NCBI GenBank assembly: GCA_030704615.1
Contig: CM060731.1
Coordinates: forward strand, 77,872,001-77,936,000
DNA: 64,000 bases
Direction: 5' to 3'
Source: Takakia lepidozioides
Lineage: Eukaryota > Plantae > Bryophyta
The first letter of the stretch is position 1, and each line of letters begins with the position of its first letter. A model generated the notes under the pieces. It searched no databases, was not told where the DNA came from, and worked only from the letters and a program-made list of their open reading frames with translations. The position numbers and the translations under genes are program-made. Positions 52,010 to 64,000 of the stretch are shown piece by piece.

Positions 52010-52216
52010 ATGACGACGTCGCGGAGATTGGCTGATCGCAAGAGCGCCAAGTTCCAGAAGAATGTCCTCAAAAGAGGCGCGGTGCCGGAGACAACTGTGA
52101 AGAAGAGCGGCTCCTACCCTGTCGGACCCATTGTTCTGGGATTCTTCATTTTTGTGGTGATCGGATCTGCCATTCTGCAGATCTTCCGAACGGCGACGAG
52201 CGGCGGCTTGGCCTAA
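52010..52216 (+). CDS. RAMP4: Ribosome-associated membrane protein 4 / stress-associated ER protein
   Basis: MTTSRRLADRKSAKFQKNVLKRGAVPET..KK...YPVGPIVLGFFIFVVIGSAILQIFR, typical RAMP4/SERP tail-anchored protein; candidate 5'-UTR intron ~51926-51990. Confidence 0.92.
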   Translation: MTTSRRLADRKSAKFQKNVLKRGAVPETTVKKSGSYPVGPIVLGFFIFVVIGSAILQIFRTATSGGLA

Positions 52217-52576
52217 GTGGCTGTAGCCGGCTCTTCATGGAAGCGGGGATCCAGTGATATTCCTAGTTCTCCGTGGTGCAAAGTTTTGTATCTGCTTCTG
52301 TGCTTCCAGGAATATATTGGATGGAGCGTGATGGAGGAGGGTTTTGTTGGATAGAGAGGAGGAGGGCAGTTCGAGGGGATTACAGGATCTGGTCAAATTG
52401 CTCTCTTCAGGTTGCCTATTTGTAGTGTATTCTCGTAGATGTAAGAAGACCTCGTATTTGTTCTGAAACCAATATTGTTCGAATTGATTATCTGTACTAT
52501 CTGCAACTGTGGAGGACCTGTAACTTTGTTTGGTCATCCTGGTAATCTGATTGGGTATCATGCTGCTAAAACATGA

Positions 52577-52615
<39 letters not shown>

Positions 52616-53082
52616 ACGCACACACATAGACCGAACTCGGTGTGCTAAGATAAGACCTTTGGCATGCCTGCGTATATGTTTTTCTTGCACCCTCTCTAAG
52701 GCACGGGCACGTTTTTGCACGTCATGTTAGGTCTAGCATCACAATATATGTAAGGCGATCTCCTAGCATTCACTTCCATTCAAGGAAATTTTTTCCTGTT
52801 GATAAATCACAGCCCAGGTTTTGGTACGAGCGGAGAAGGGAACGAACTTGAGTTTTCTCACTTCTTTTTCAAGAAAGACGGGAGACTTGCAGCGATCAGT
52901 TGCGCCACACCAGTCTGCTACCTTGCCCAGTAGTAGGGGCTACAATTTCTTTCTCCTCTGAATCCATCAGCCTACATTGCTGATTTGCCTAATTGGGCAG
53001 AGGTTTGTGGCCACAAGGCTATGCCATCCGGTGTGATGAGTGTACAGATCTCTCTCTCTCTCTTTCTCTCTCTCTCTCCCGC

Positions 53083-53160
53083 TCAAACTGGGCGCGGGGG
53101 TCAATGGCCACAAGGCTACGGCAAACAACGTCTTATGAGTACAATCTCTCTCTCTCTCTG
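53083..53160 (+). repeat. LINE-tail repeat copy embedded between (CT)n tracts
   Basis: Near-identical to 45401-45459, followed by tctctc tail. Confidence 0.8.
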
Positions 53161-54515
53161 GGCCTCTAGGTAGAGTTTGATTAATCTCAGGAAACATAGG
53201 CAATTCTTGTAGAATTGAGGAAGCCACCAAATTTTTCTGTAGGTTAACCTGCAAAAAAAGTTGTCATCAAAAGGTCATCTTTGCTCACATTGTGGTAAGT
53301 TCCAGCATGTCTTTCCCAGACCAGGGACAAGAAACACAGAGAATCACCTCAAGTTGTTCACCCTCAATCTTGCTGCCAAGAATAGAACGACAACCCGACA
53401 TTGACTTGAAGTGAGAATATCATCACTGGATCTCCTAAAGGTGAGTCCGACTAATCTGGTACTTTGCCCTCCCAAATTTCTGATCTTTTTACCTCCTTTC
53501 TGTGCCTCAGTAACCAGGCAGGAGTATGTGACTGCAAGGATATGTGCATGCAAGGATATGTGCAAGCAAAAATCAGTGCATACAGTTTCTCTTCTGCGAT
53601 GCAAGAATTCATTCCTTGAGCTTTTGATCACTAATTTGTGGCCAAATAGTATAGCCTGTGTCCTCATACTAGATACCATACAGTTGCTTACCTGCCATCG
53701 AAGCAGGTTGTCAAGGGGCATGGTCTCTCTGACCCTTTGATCTCTCATACTCATTCTTGTCAGTATCATTTTAAGGAGAACTCGGGTACTTGCGGCTTTG
53801 GCCACCGCTGCAGCATGATGATAGAACCCCTACCCCTAAAAGCTAGAACTTTGTCCAACAGAGCTCATCACACAAATAATACAACACAGATTTGCTGTTG
53901 ACTATCACTTTGTTTCGGAAACTGCTGGTACACGGTACAATCTTCCAGACAGCTTGTCGATTGCAGGGAAGAGGCTTCTAGTCTGAGACCATCCAATACA
54001 GGAATACAGTTGTTACCCTCCCAGAAACTTGAACATTGGGTTCATTGGCAAATGGCTGCATGCCCAAACAGATCAACCAGAATGCATAGTAGGTCAATGG
54101 TCACTTCACAAACTCCGGAGGAGATCTTTCAATAAGGATGAGTCTCCAATGTAAAGGTGGAAAGGCTGACTTACAAATTGACAACTGCCCCACGCCCACT
54201 TTCCCAAAGAGACCTTCATTGGGATGCCAACAGCAGATGTTCAGCTTGAATAGACACCTTTGGGAAGAGGCCACTCCAGGAGAAACAAAGGTATGTTGCA
54301 GCCACCTTTAACTTCAGAAGCAAGTATTCTCAACAGACCCTGTTCTCCGGCAGATAATACTATCCTGGTTGGCATGAAGGGGCACAGGTGTTCTGGTCTT
54401 GAGCTTTTGTTCTTTGTATGTCATGGTATAACGCCTGGTACCAGGGACATTTCTAGAATCTATCAGCACAAGTATGGCCCGGTGAACACAACAACAATGC
54501 CGAAGCAGACACTGG

Positions 54516-55286
54516 GGGGCTGTTTACATGAGGGCAGGGGCCCAAGACCAAGCTAGAAACAAGAAATCCTATTGGTCAAGAGCCTCAAATCGGGCCCAAG
54601 CAGTTTACACTGACCGTCCAGGCCCAAGACCAAGAAAATGTCATGGCTACCTACATGGCATGATTTATGGCATCAAACTCTTGGGCCCAGCCCAACAGAA
54701 GGAATGCTCCTAGGATGGAGACCCAGCTCTTTCCCTCTGGCCCAATAAACCTACCATTAAGATATATATTTTTAAGCCTATCACAGCCGCAGGATTGAAA
54801 GGGGTCATAGATGGGGTTGTATGGAGGTAGAGACTAGAGACTCTCAACAGCCACTCGCGGCAAGCATTTAACCCCCTAAAATCATAAGCCCTCTCTATCT
54901 CTTGGACCTCCTCCTTCCATGATGAGCACAAACATCATCACCAATCCAGCAAATTGCTCATTTATAAATTGTTGCAATGCCAAAATGGTTGTAATCACGT
55001 GCTTGTAAGCCATGAAGAGGACCAAGGCCACAAGAATACTATGCCTTCTTGCTTCCATAGTTTAGGGGCACACAATTCAATGAGAGACATCGGTAATCGT
55101 AGTAGACGGCGAGGCAGATATCAGTGTAGGTTGGGCCTTAGGCTTGGGCCCAAGGTGTACACGAAAGAGGGCCCAATTCCTTAAAAATTATATTTGAATC
55201 AGTTCATTCAGCCCGATTGTGGGCCCAAAAGCTCTAGTCTTGGGCCCATGATTTCTTGGGGCCAGGCCCTCGTGTAACCCAGCCCT
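54516..55286. mobile_element. Degenerate non-autonomous TIR element with GGCCCAAG subterminal motifs
   Basis: gggctgtttacatgagggcaggggcccaag vs reverse complement of cttgggccaggccctcgtgtaacccagccc; many gggccc motifs near both ends; TSD not resolved. Confidence 0.45.
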
Positions 55287-56077
55287 GAGTATAGTTTGTC
55301 CAAATGTGCCACTTAAGGGCCAATATGCTTCATTATCCATGTGGTGATACAGAGGAAGTCACTACGCAGACAAGCACCAGGGTCAGCCATATCTCTTTTC
55401 TCTCTATCTTCGTCCAAGTCAACATCAATCATAGTAACATTTCAGTCGGGAATGTCCAACATACAAACAAAGATGTGCGATGATGGCATGAGCTCATTAG
55501 TAGAAGCCACTACCAGTTACGAATACACAATTGGATGTTGGAGATTTCAGAGTGTCGAACAATGCAAAACAACAATGCATAACGTATTGTAGACTGCCAA
55601 GATTGATTGCTCAGAAAGATCGGCCCTACAAACACATCCATGCCAAGGTTGTCTATGTGAATCTTGGTCAGGGACAGTTCTGCTGTTGATTACAGTCCAT
55701 GCAGGCCAAGGGGCTTGTTGCCCATCTCCCTATATGCCTTTTGGAACCCACAAACTGAATTCTTCCATGCTTAATAAAATTCACCGGAGAAGATTATACC
55801 ACAAGGATTTCAACCCAGAATCACCTGGGTGGAACTCACAATCCAGCTGAGTGTTGATACATGGATCACAAATCAAACATATGTGCATACAAGTATTGAA
55901 GTATAACATACTATAATCATGGAACACACTTGTTCACGTCACATATGAAACATTGAATTCCAAATAATTATCTTATAAGGCATAATCTCGCCATCGAAGC
56001 CTACGAGGTGGGTGACACTACACTTCACCAAAACACTTGCAAAGATTGGAAGTTCAAGAGGTGGATTCAAGGGAAGC

Positions 56078-56701
56078 TCACACACAAGGAGCATCTATAC
56101 GGCTTTTGTGGAGCTGGAAGGCAGGGTGAACCCAGGTTCCACAGCTGCACTGCATTCCTACCCAATTGAAGTTACCCAGCCTTGCCTCACAATTCACACA
56201 GTTCAGCTTTCCCTCCACCGTGCCCTCCTGCACTGCGATTTTCATCCACATGTGGAAACAGGAATCAGTTTGCAGGAAATGGAAAGCAAAGGGAAGAGGG
56301 AGAAAGAATAAATGTATTACTATCAGCTTGAGGCCAAAGGGACTCATGGGATACAAGTTAAACAAAGAGCCACAGAAAAATAAACAGTTACCACAGAGCT
56401 ACTTGTGCTCTAACTTAGCACTAGTGCAGAATGCCTCATGCAGAGAGAGAATGTCTCCTAAGACGTTTGTCGTAGCCTTGTGGCCATAGACCCTGTGCCC
56501 AGTTTGGGCAGAACAAGAGGGAACAGATACTACCTCTGTGAGGGACTCACTCCAGTAGTAGCACTTACCTTGATATGAAAAATCTGTTCAGGCTTTCTAG
56601 ATTTCCTCTAGAAAGCCCTTCACACAAGCATCAATCTGCTGTATGTGATCTGCCCAGAGAATGTCCAGTTTGGGCAGAACAAGAGCAGCAGCAGCAGCAG
56701 C

Positions 56702-56745
<44 letters not shown>

Positions 56746-59700
56746 CCATAAGACGTTTGGCGTAGCCTCGTGGTCATAGACCACGCACATCCAGTTTTGG
56801 GCAGACAAATGAGATACTGTACGTCCACGGAAAACTCAAAGAGCTTATGGGACAATTGAAAGCAAGAAACAAGAAAGAGAGAAGGGCCCTTCACAAGACG
56901 ACGTACACATGAAACTGCAATATGTCAGGAAGTCCTATTGCAGCAACATATTGCTTGGTACTTACTGTTCTACACGATCTATGTGCACCTCCTATATACC
57001 CTGTCTTCTCGCTGTTGCCAAGGTCCTTCTTCTGTCTAAAGACAAAGGAAGCCACCGGAAATAGCGGGGTTGTAAACCCCTGGAGTGCAGAAAAGGACAA
57101 AGCGGTTAAAAAGATACCAGTAGTCATCCACTGCAAAGGCTCCACAAAAATTGACGTGCAGTCGGGTTCACCATCCTCCGCCCCCCATCGCCCTCTTCTT
57201 CTCCACTTGAAAGAGGTCTCCCCAGAACCAGGATCATGGGCTATCACATGTTCTTGGCAGGCAACCACTCGCCGGCATTTTCTACAGCGATAGACTGTAG
57301 ACGTCGGTGTCTCTCCCTCCTGGCCACAAGGGCCAAACACCCCACTATCTGAGGCGTCTGGATCGGTGTCAGTTGTAGAGCCGGGGTCAGCTGCATAGCG
57401 GGAGATTTCGATCTTCTCTCCCTTGCCATAAGCTTCCCCTGGAAAGCATGGATTGAGACAGGGACTACCAAATTACTGTCACGCTACATATGCAGGAGGA
57501 CATTCTGCCTCATAGAACACGATGCTCGATGATGTCTCAGTTTGGCAACAGGAAACAATCTCCCTTCTCATGGTCCTTAGCAACTACGCTTCTCCCAAAA
57601 TCCTTTACTTTTTTCTTTCCCTTTGCCTGCAAGGAATTACTTGAATTCGATGCATGCAGGGGAGAGAGTGAGAGGCAAAGGGTGAAGGGGGGCGGGCGCA
57701 GATGGAAGGAGGGAACGCTGTTAAATCACCTAGATTTTCCAGGTTGAATTTCTTATAGAGAGAACTGGAACGATCCACGACGAAACCCATCTCTTCAAAG
57801 ATTTGCAACTGCATGCAGATCAACACGGAGGCCAAATCAGTGGAACATTGTGTGCAAGAGAAGAGAGCCAGTTTAGTGGAGAAACACATGAATGGGGTTA
57901 AGAGTTGCTTAGTATGGGCATTAAGAGGAGCTGAAATGGCATGAAGATAATCAAAATCTATCATCACATTGCAGTTGTGTATCAAGTGAATGTGATGGTG
58001 CTACTCTGTTATCCTGCAAACCAAAAAGTGGCAGCCTTCACACCAGATATCAGACACTAATTCCCAGTTTTACAAAACCCTTCACCGACAAGAGCACGCT
58101 GCTAGCAACAGTGGAGTTACCTGCTGCATAAACCCATCATTTGGGCAAACATCCTCTTTCACTTTTTCCAACGACGCCAGTGCATCTGTATATAGAAAAC
58201 CAAAGTGGGAAAGAGAGCCGCCAAGAACAGCACAATGAATATGGAGAGTTCAAATCACCGCAGCCCAGAAAGGGAGATTATTATGCAAAAGTTGTTCAAC
58301 TGACAATGTCAGACACACTTCAATCCTGATTTAGGCCTCTGACAACATCCTGGGATCTCAAATGATAGGTCTAATGGCTCCACACAGAAAATGCAACCAA
58401 CATCTACAAGGTAAGACCAAAAGCCACTGCAAAGGAATAAGAGAATAAAATCTACCTACAACAGAGGAGGGGTAAATGCAGACCATCCACAGACAAGTGC
58501 TCAGTCCGCATGAGATATGCAGTCACCACAGCTGCACTGCACCACCTTGCCAAAGCCATTTGTCAGCATGACAAGGATAGAAGACATCATTTAAGAGCAG
58601 CTCACTCTGGCCTAGCAAAAAGCCACATAGCTGGCCTGAAGAAGGCATAGGCACTGGAAAATAGTAAGGTTGCATAAGGTCCTAAAGACAGACAACAGTC
58701 TGCCGAAACACAAACCAGTTGAACATGGGCAGAAGCTGGAATTCTACAGCTAGGTTATCGCTAACCAGTTCAAAAATCACATCACCAGCATTTTCATCCT
58801 GTAGGCCCCAGTGTAAAGAAACCAAAGACACTGCTTTCATTGACAAAGCAGCAAATACAGCTACCCTGTCTGAAAACATCCTATGATACCCAAAGCCCCC
58901 AAGTGGATTTCCCAGGAGAACAACTTCAAGGCCATACACTAAAACGTTTTGTAGGCCCGACAGAAAGGGGTAGCAAGTTACTTCACCAAAAGAAATTGGG
59001 GTCCCTGACACTCCGATAGGAGCACCATAATTTGCAAAATGGAACTTCTTGACAGTGACTTAGTCAAACGTGATAGAGACATGAAAGAAACAAATCAAAT
59101 CACAAAAAAATGGCTTGTCCCTGCATTGTGTGCAACCAGGGATTTTTCACAATAAGAAGATAAAACCGAAACTCAAGATAACTTTCAACAATACAAGGTC
59201 AGCAGATCTTCAATACGAAGATCAAAGATGAAGTCAACTTCAAGAGACGGAAGGTACTGAGCAAACTATAATGTGTCCATGTCATCATAACTAAATTATG
59301 AGCGCAACTACCAGTATAGGGGATAGTTTCCAACTACCATACACTGAATTGTGGACGTCCTTTACCAAGAAAGCAAGCATCTTCTCCCAGAAACTCACCG
59401 TAACCACTCAGGAACGTTCCGCGGCGACCTCCAAAGAACAACACTGTTGCCGTAGAGGCCTGCAAAGACCTTCTATTGCAATCCTCTGTCCACCTTCCAC
59501 TAATTTGAATATGATGAAGAACCTTGGAGAGCACGGTACAGTGCAGATTTTTTACTACCTTGCAGCTGAGAGAAAGAACGGCGTAAAAAAAAGGACATTT
59601 CTTGCCTGCGTGAAACACCAGCAAAACAGTGGACCAGAACCTTGCCATCGCTACGTCCTCTCTCTATAAACTCCAGACACCCCTCCAAATACTCCAGCAA

Positions 59701-59952
59701 ATTCTGCGACTCAGTGTCCCTCAACGGGAATGTCAATCTCTCCAGTTTCACCTTTGCCGTACTGGCAGGCTCCACTGCTCCATTACCTTGATGCTCCAGA
59801 CTACGACCGGATTCCGCCCTCTTGTATGCCAACGGATCGATGTTGGATGTTATCAGCGACAGCATGTGCGTTACTGGCGGGCTTGCTGCCGTGAGCACCG
59901 CAGCAGCATCGCATATGTTGCCGATGTACAACCGCTCCCGCACCTCCTTCAT
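56078..59952 (-). CDS. Dual-specificity protein phosphatase, YVH1/DUSP12-like; exons approx 59952-59606, 58536-58484, 58185-58121, 57808-57730, 57439-57118, ~56233-56078
   Basis: LYIGN, VLVHCFAGVSR-S-AAVVTAYLM, CPNDGFMQQL, zinc domain YRCRKCRR, IFVEPLQWM, GKLNCVNC..RLG.FNW.GMQCSCG.WV.PAFQL. Confidence 0.92.
56684..56742. repeat. Compound (CAG)n(GA)n microsatellite
   Basis: Direct sequence; abuts a LINE-tail copy. Confidence 0.9.
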
Positions 59953-60981
59953 ACTCGTCCTATGTACCTCTATCGCTTCCCTGCCTGCACACACCGACCC
60001 CCTCCCTCCTTCTCTCTCTCTCTCTCTCTCGCACACGAGGCACGCGCGCGCGAGAGAGAGAGAGAAAGAGATAGAGAGAGCTGGGCAGAGCCGCTGTCCC
60101 GGCACGTCTCATGCGTGCCGCCATGCTGCGCCAGCACGTGTCGCCGGACTAGGTAAGTTAATGGCTATTGAAATTAGGGTCAACTTACAGTAGAATTCCA
60201 TTGACTTAACCTGCTACTAGGGTAGCCTATGCCGTTGGCCCAAGTGTGTGCAACCAAAAGTACTTGAAATTCCATATCTCCTCATAGGGTAGCTTCAATT
60301 TAGTGTTTTACATGAATTTGTTCAGTAATCCATTGAATCATTGTCCCAAGAAAGCCCAATTTGCTATTTTTTTTGTAGTAATACATCAAATCATTAATGA
60401 TATAGTATCTCCCCATCGAGGCTCCAACCATTGTCCTAGGAGAGCCCACTTTGCTATTTTTCCCGAATTTCCAATGACGCAGAGTACATACTTGAAATTC
60501 CACATCTCCCACACCGCAAGTCCAAAAATCATGAGACCAATTCGGTGCAACCCTACTCATCAAGGGCTTTCCAATGGTAACAAGCCTTGAGGGTGGGGCC
60601 GCAGTTTGGGACATCTCAACTCTACAAAACAAAACAAAACGTCTCGCTTCATATATTGATAGGTTTTACTGCGCATCATCCTTATTTTCATCTTTTTTTT
60701 TCTTTTTTCTTTTTCTGAAGGGAAACACCTTGGTCCGAATGAATCAGCTCACCACTCGCAAATCAGGCGGGCCCTTGATTACAATGAGAGGAAAAACTAA
60801 GCTCTTCACAAGTAACCCCGCACAAAGCTCAAGGGCATAGCCTATGGAAGGGGTAGAATATTATGTCACCCGACATGGTAGCAGGATTTGAGCCCAAAAT
60901 CACATGTAAGGCACGTAACTTAATGCACTATATTGCCATTCCAACTGAGCTGCAGTCTGGTGGACTCATTTTTTAAAATCA

Positions 60982-61415
60982 ATGAGGGGTAAGGTGTTTG
61001 AAACTAATTTGGCAAGACATCTTGAGGAAGAACAGATCTGCAAAAATCTCAGCCTTTTGTGCAAAATTGCGCACATAATTCTGCTTGTCAAGATGTCCTT
61101 GAACGATGATAATCTTCTCTGCCCAATCTGCTTCGTCTTGCCTGAATCCTTGCAGCATTGGTTGTTTAATTGCCAGGGTCCTAGAAGTGATTGGACAAGA
61201 GTTTTGCAGTTGAATTGGCAAAGACTGCCCACCTCCCTGCTCCCACCCTCCCCTTGCTGAATTACATGGACGGTATTGCTTTCATAAACTGCCCAGTGTG
61301 GGCTTGTCTGAGGGCACACGCCTTGTGGAACTTGTGGAAAGCCACATGCTCTAGTGTTCATGAGGGTAGACCCCCCAGCATCAGATCAATGTTATCAACA
61401 TCTTTCTTGATTTGA
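60982..61415 (+). mobile_element. Decayed L1-like LINE C-terminal fragment
   Basis: CPICFVLPESLQHWLFNC (zf-RVT) followed by W..L...LWNLW. Confidence 0.6.
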
Positions 61416-64000
61416 TGACCGAGGGAAAAAAGACCTGGTTTTTTGTCTATGCAGCTCTTCCGGCCTGAGCTTCAGATCAACGCATGGGTCAATTGCTCAA
61501 AGAATTTGATATCTCCTGGGGCAAGAGCGGCTTGCTTTGCATCCGCACTTCCAACTCACATGTACAATGGAAGGACACCCTCCCCGTGCAATGGGAAATC
61601 CCCCATGGAGTCTAGAGAGGAAGGTGACTTTAATTGGCGCCACAAACGAGCTAGGGATCAGAAATTCAAAATGTAGCTAAAGTTGTGATACAGCTTAGTC
61701 TCTTGTTTTCGACAATTCTCTTGTCTGGCAGGTACTCGCCAACCTTAGTTAGTAAGTTGAAATAAATGTTCTGAAGGGTAGTAAAAATAAAGAATAGTAC
61801 AATGAGTTATTATCCAAGGAAATGAGTCTCACTTTAATGTTCGTCATGGGGGCATTGTCGAAGACAAACAATATGTCATCGATGCACATACGACATACGA
61901 CCAGTCGCCAAATTAAAATAGAATATTCTGTCGTAAATTCCCAAGTTTTTCATGGATGAAAATCGCCAAACTTTTACAAGGAAAAAAAAACAATGGATGA
62001 ATTCACCAAATATGGATGATATAAATGGATGAAAGTACATAGGAAGATGATTCTATCCAAATTTTCAATGGATGAACAGAATATATAGCTATTTCTTGTA
62101 GCCACTCGTGCTATTTTTCAAATTTAAGAAAAAAATCACTGCATACGACGCTAGGGCACCATGAGCTTGCAGTGAGCCTAGGCTCACATTTGCCCACTTG
62201 GCTTATTTTGGGCCCATGCTAATAAATGTGTCTATCATCGTGGACATGGCCCCACTATATACCAGGAAACAACTTCGAACAACACCGAATTTTGACATAT
62301 AAATTGAAATAAATATTAGACTTGTATACTTAATACAGTCCATTGTAGGCAACAACAATGTATTAGAAAAGGATCAGCCTCTGTATAGGACAATGTACGT
62401 TGATGAATATAATCGTCTTGTTTAGGGTCGCAAAATATTTCGATTAAAAAAATGTAGTATAAACGCTTACATGGGATATATTTCGATCTTTTGTCAAATT
62501 TTCAGATAGCATAGAAATGAAATTTGGACAGCTGCAATTAGAAACATTTGTCACAGTGATGTCATAGCTCTTGTCCTACAGAACAGATTCGGAAGTGACG
62601 ATTGTGTGTACCCATCCATATCGTGGAGAGATCGTGGAGGAGGAACATCCATGAAACGAGTCTCACTCGTGCGATGACTATTCTTGCATAATCCATTTTG
62701 CAAGGTTGTGGGTTTTGTTTTTTCCTCCACATGTCTAGCATGACTTCCACTTTTGGGACTCGCACGACTTTTGTCATATAGTCTACGTTCTACAGTCGTC
62801 ATTTTACAGTCCTTTCATGTTGGAAAAAATGGATATTATGAGAGGTTTAGGCTAGCCACAAAAAATGCGTGCGTTAATTGACACATGCATTTTGCCAACA
62901 AACCCAAATCTTTCACATCGTCTGTTATCCTGTCTTTTTATTGGTAGGCTCTTCCAATAGATAGCAGAGATGATATGAAAGGTTTGGAGTAGTTGGAAAA
63001 TGTATCTGTCTATTGCCCGATATACTATTGAGATCTTTGCTATGTTGCAGCAGAAACAATACTGAGAGGTTGGGTTTGCTGCAAAATATATGTGCGTTGA
63101 TACATACCTTATTTTCAATAACTCCAAATCATCTCTGCTGCTTGGGTACTATTGAGCTTTTTGTTATATTGCAGTAGAGAGAATAAAATATGTTTGGGGT
63201 TGCTACAAAGCATGTCATGTCACAAAAATCCTTACTAACATTCTCCTACAAAGCAAAAAAAATCAGTTGGAATGCCTGCTCATAAGATTTGGAGGTTCTG
63301 ATTGTAGCTATACGCAACTGTTCTCAAGAAAATCTTGTAAAGCTCATCAAAGATTTTGACACCACGTGCGGCTGAATATGGATCGAATTATGTTATGCTT
63401 TGCTTAGTTAGACATTGGCACAATTTGGTCCACGTGCCTTCCCGTGGAATGGGCCATCACTTAGTCACGCGCTAGCGTTTTGTCGATGCCTAAAGACAAG
63501 GAGCCTGAACTTTGACCTATTGATCGCGACGAGGAACACAACTAACATCATCGCAAAAAATTATGAGCTCCAACATCCAAACTCATCTTCATTTGGGCCT
63601 CTTAGATTTATATTGCGCGAGCTAAACCATCCTGATTCGTTTTTGGTTCGCTAGATTGTCCATTTCCTTTATTGTGCTCAATTATCACCTTCTTTTGTTG
63701 GGGATGTATTCTGGTTGTTTGTTTAGCTGTGTTTTCTTTTGTTATTCTGCGGTGGCATCGCTTCGTTTTTTTATGTTACGTTATAAATATGGGACAGAGG
63801 CCCAGAATATCGATTAATAAAATAATATGGAAAACATAATCATGTGAGGCAGTGAAGGCTTACACTGGGATACCACCCCTAGCCAAATGAGTCCAGAATA
63901 AGTTCGAAACAGAGATAACGACAAGTTAAAAAAAATGAAGTGGCCGATAGTAACCTATTAAGACAAGTCTTTGTATCGAGAGTGGCGTAGAAAGACCAGA

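Overview
Eukaryotic, intron-rich land-plant DNA, most likely from a non-flowering lineage (inferred from gene content). Host genes: a 10-exon lipoxygenase (1900-7715, -), a C2-type phospholipase D (~37180-48379, -), an uncharacterised membrane/secreted plant protein (49407-51360, -) divergent from RAMP4/SERP1 (52010-52216, +), and a YVH1/DUSP12-like phosphatase (56078-59952, -). The centre holds two independent, same-orientation insertions (13293-24040 and 24332-34438, each with its own 4-bp TSD) of an unusual Ty3/gypsy-type retrotransposon; the first splits a decayed pogo/DDE_1 transposon. The element's Gag-Pol carries a full DNMT3-like C5 cytosine methyltransferase between protease and RT, and a PHD finger after the integrase. 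Its termini are not a normal LTR pair: in sense orientation they read B-[internal]-A-B-A, like a two-LTR circle opened at a precise CA-nn-TG junction inside the LTR. The PBS position is complementary to the element's own LTR (self-priming-like). Both copies are frameshifted, and copy 2 has lost most of RT/RNase H. Tourist-like MITEs, truncated LINE tails and microsatellites fill introns and intergenic space.
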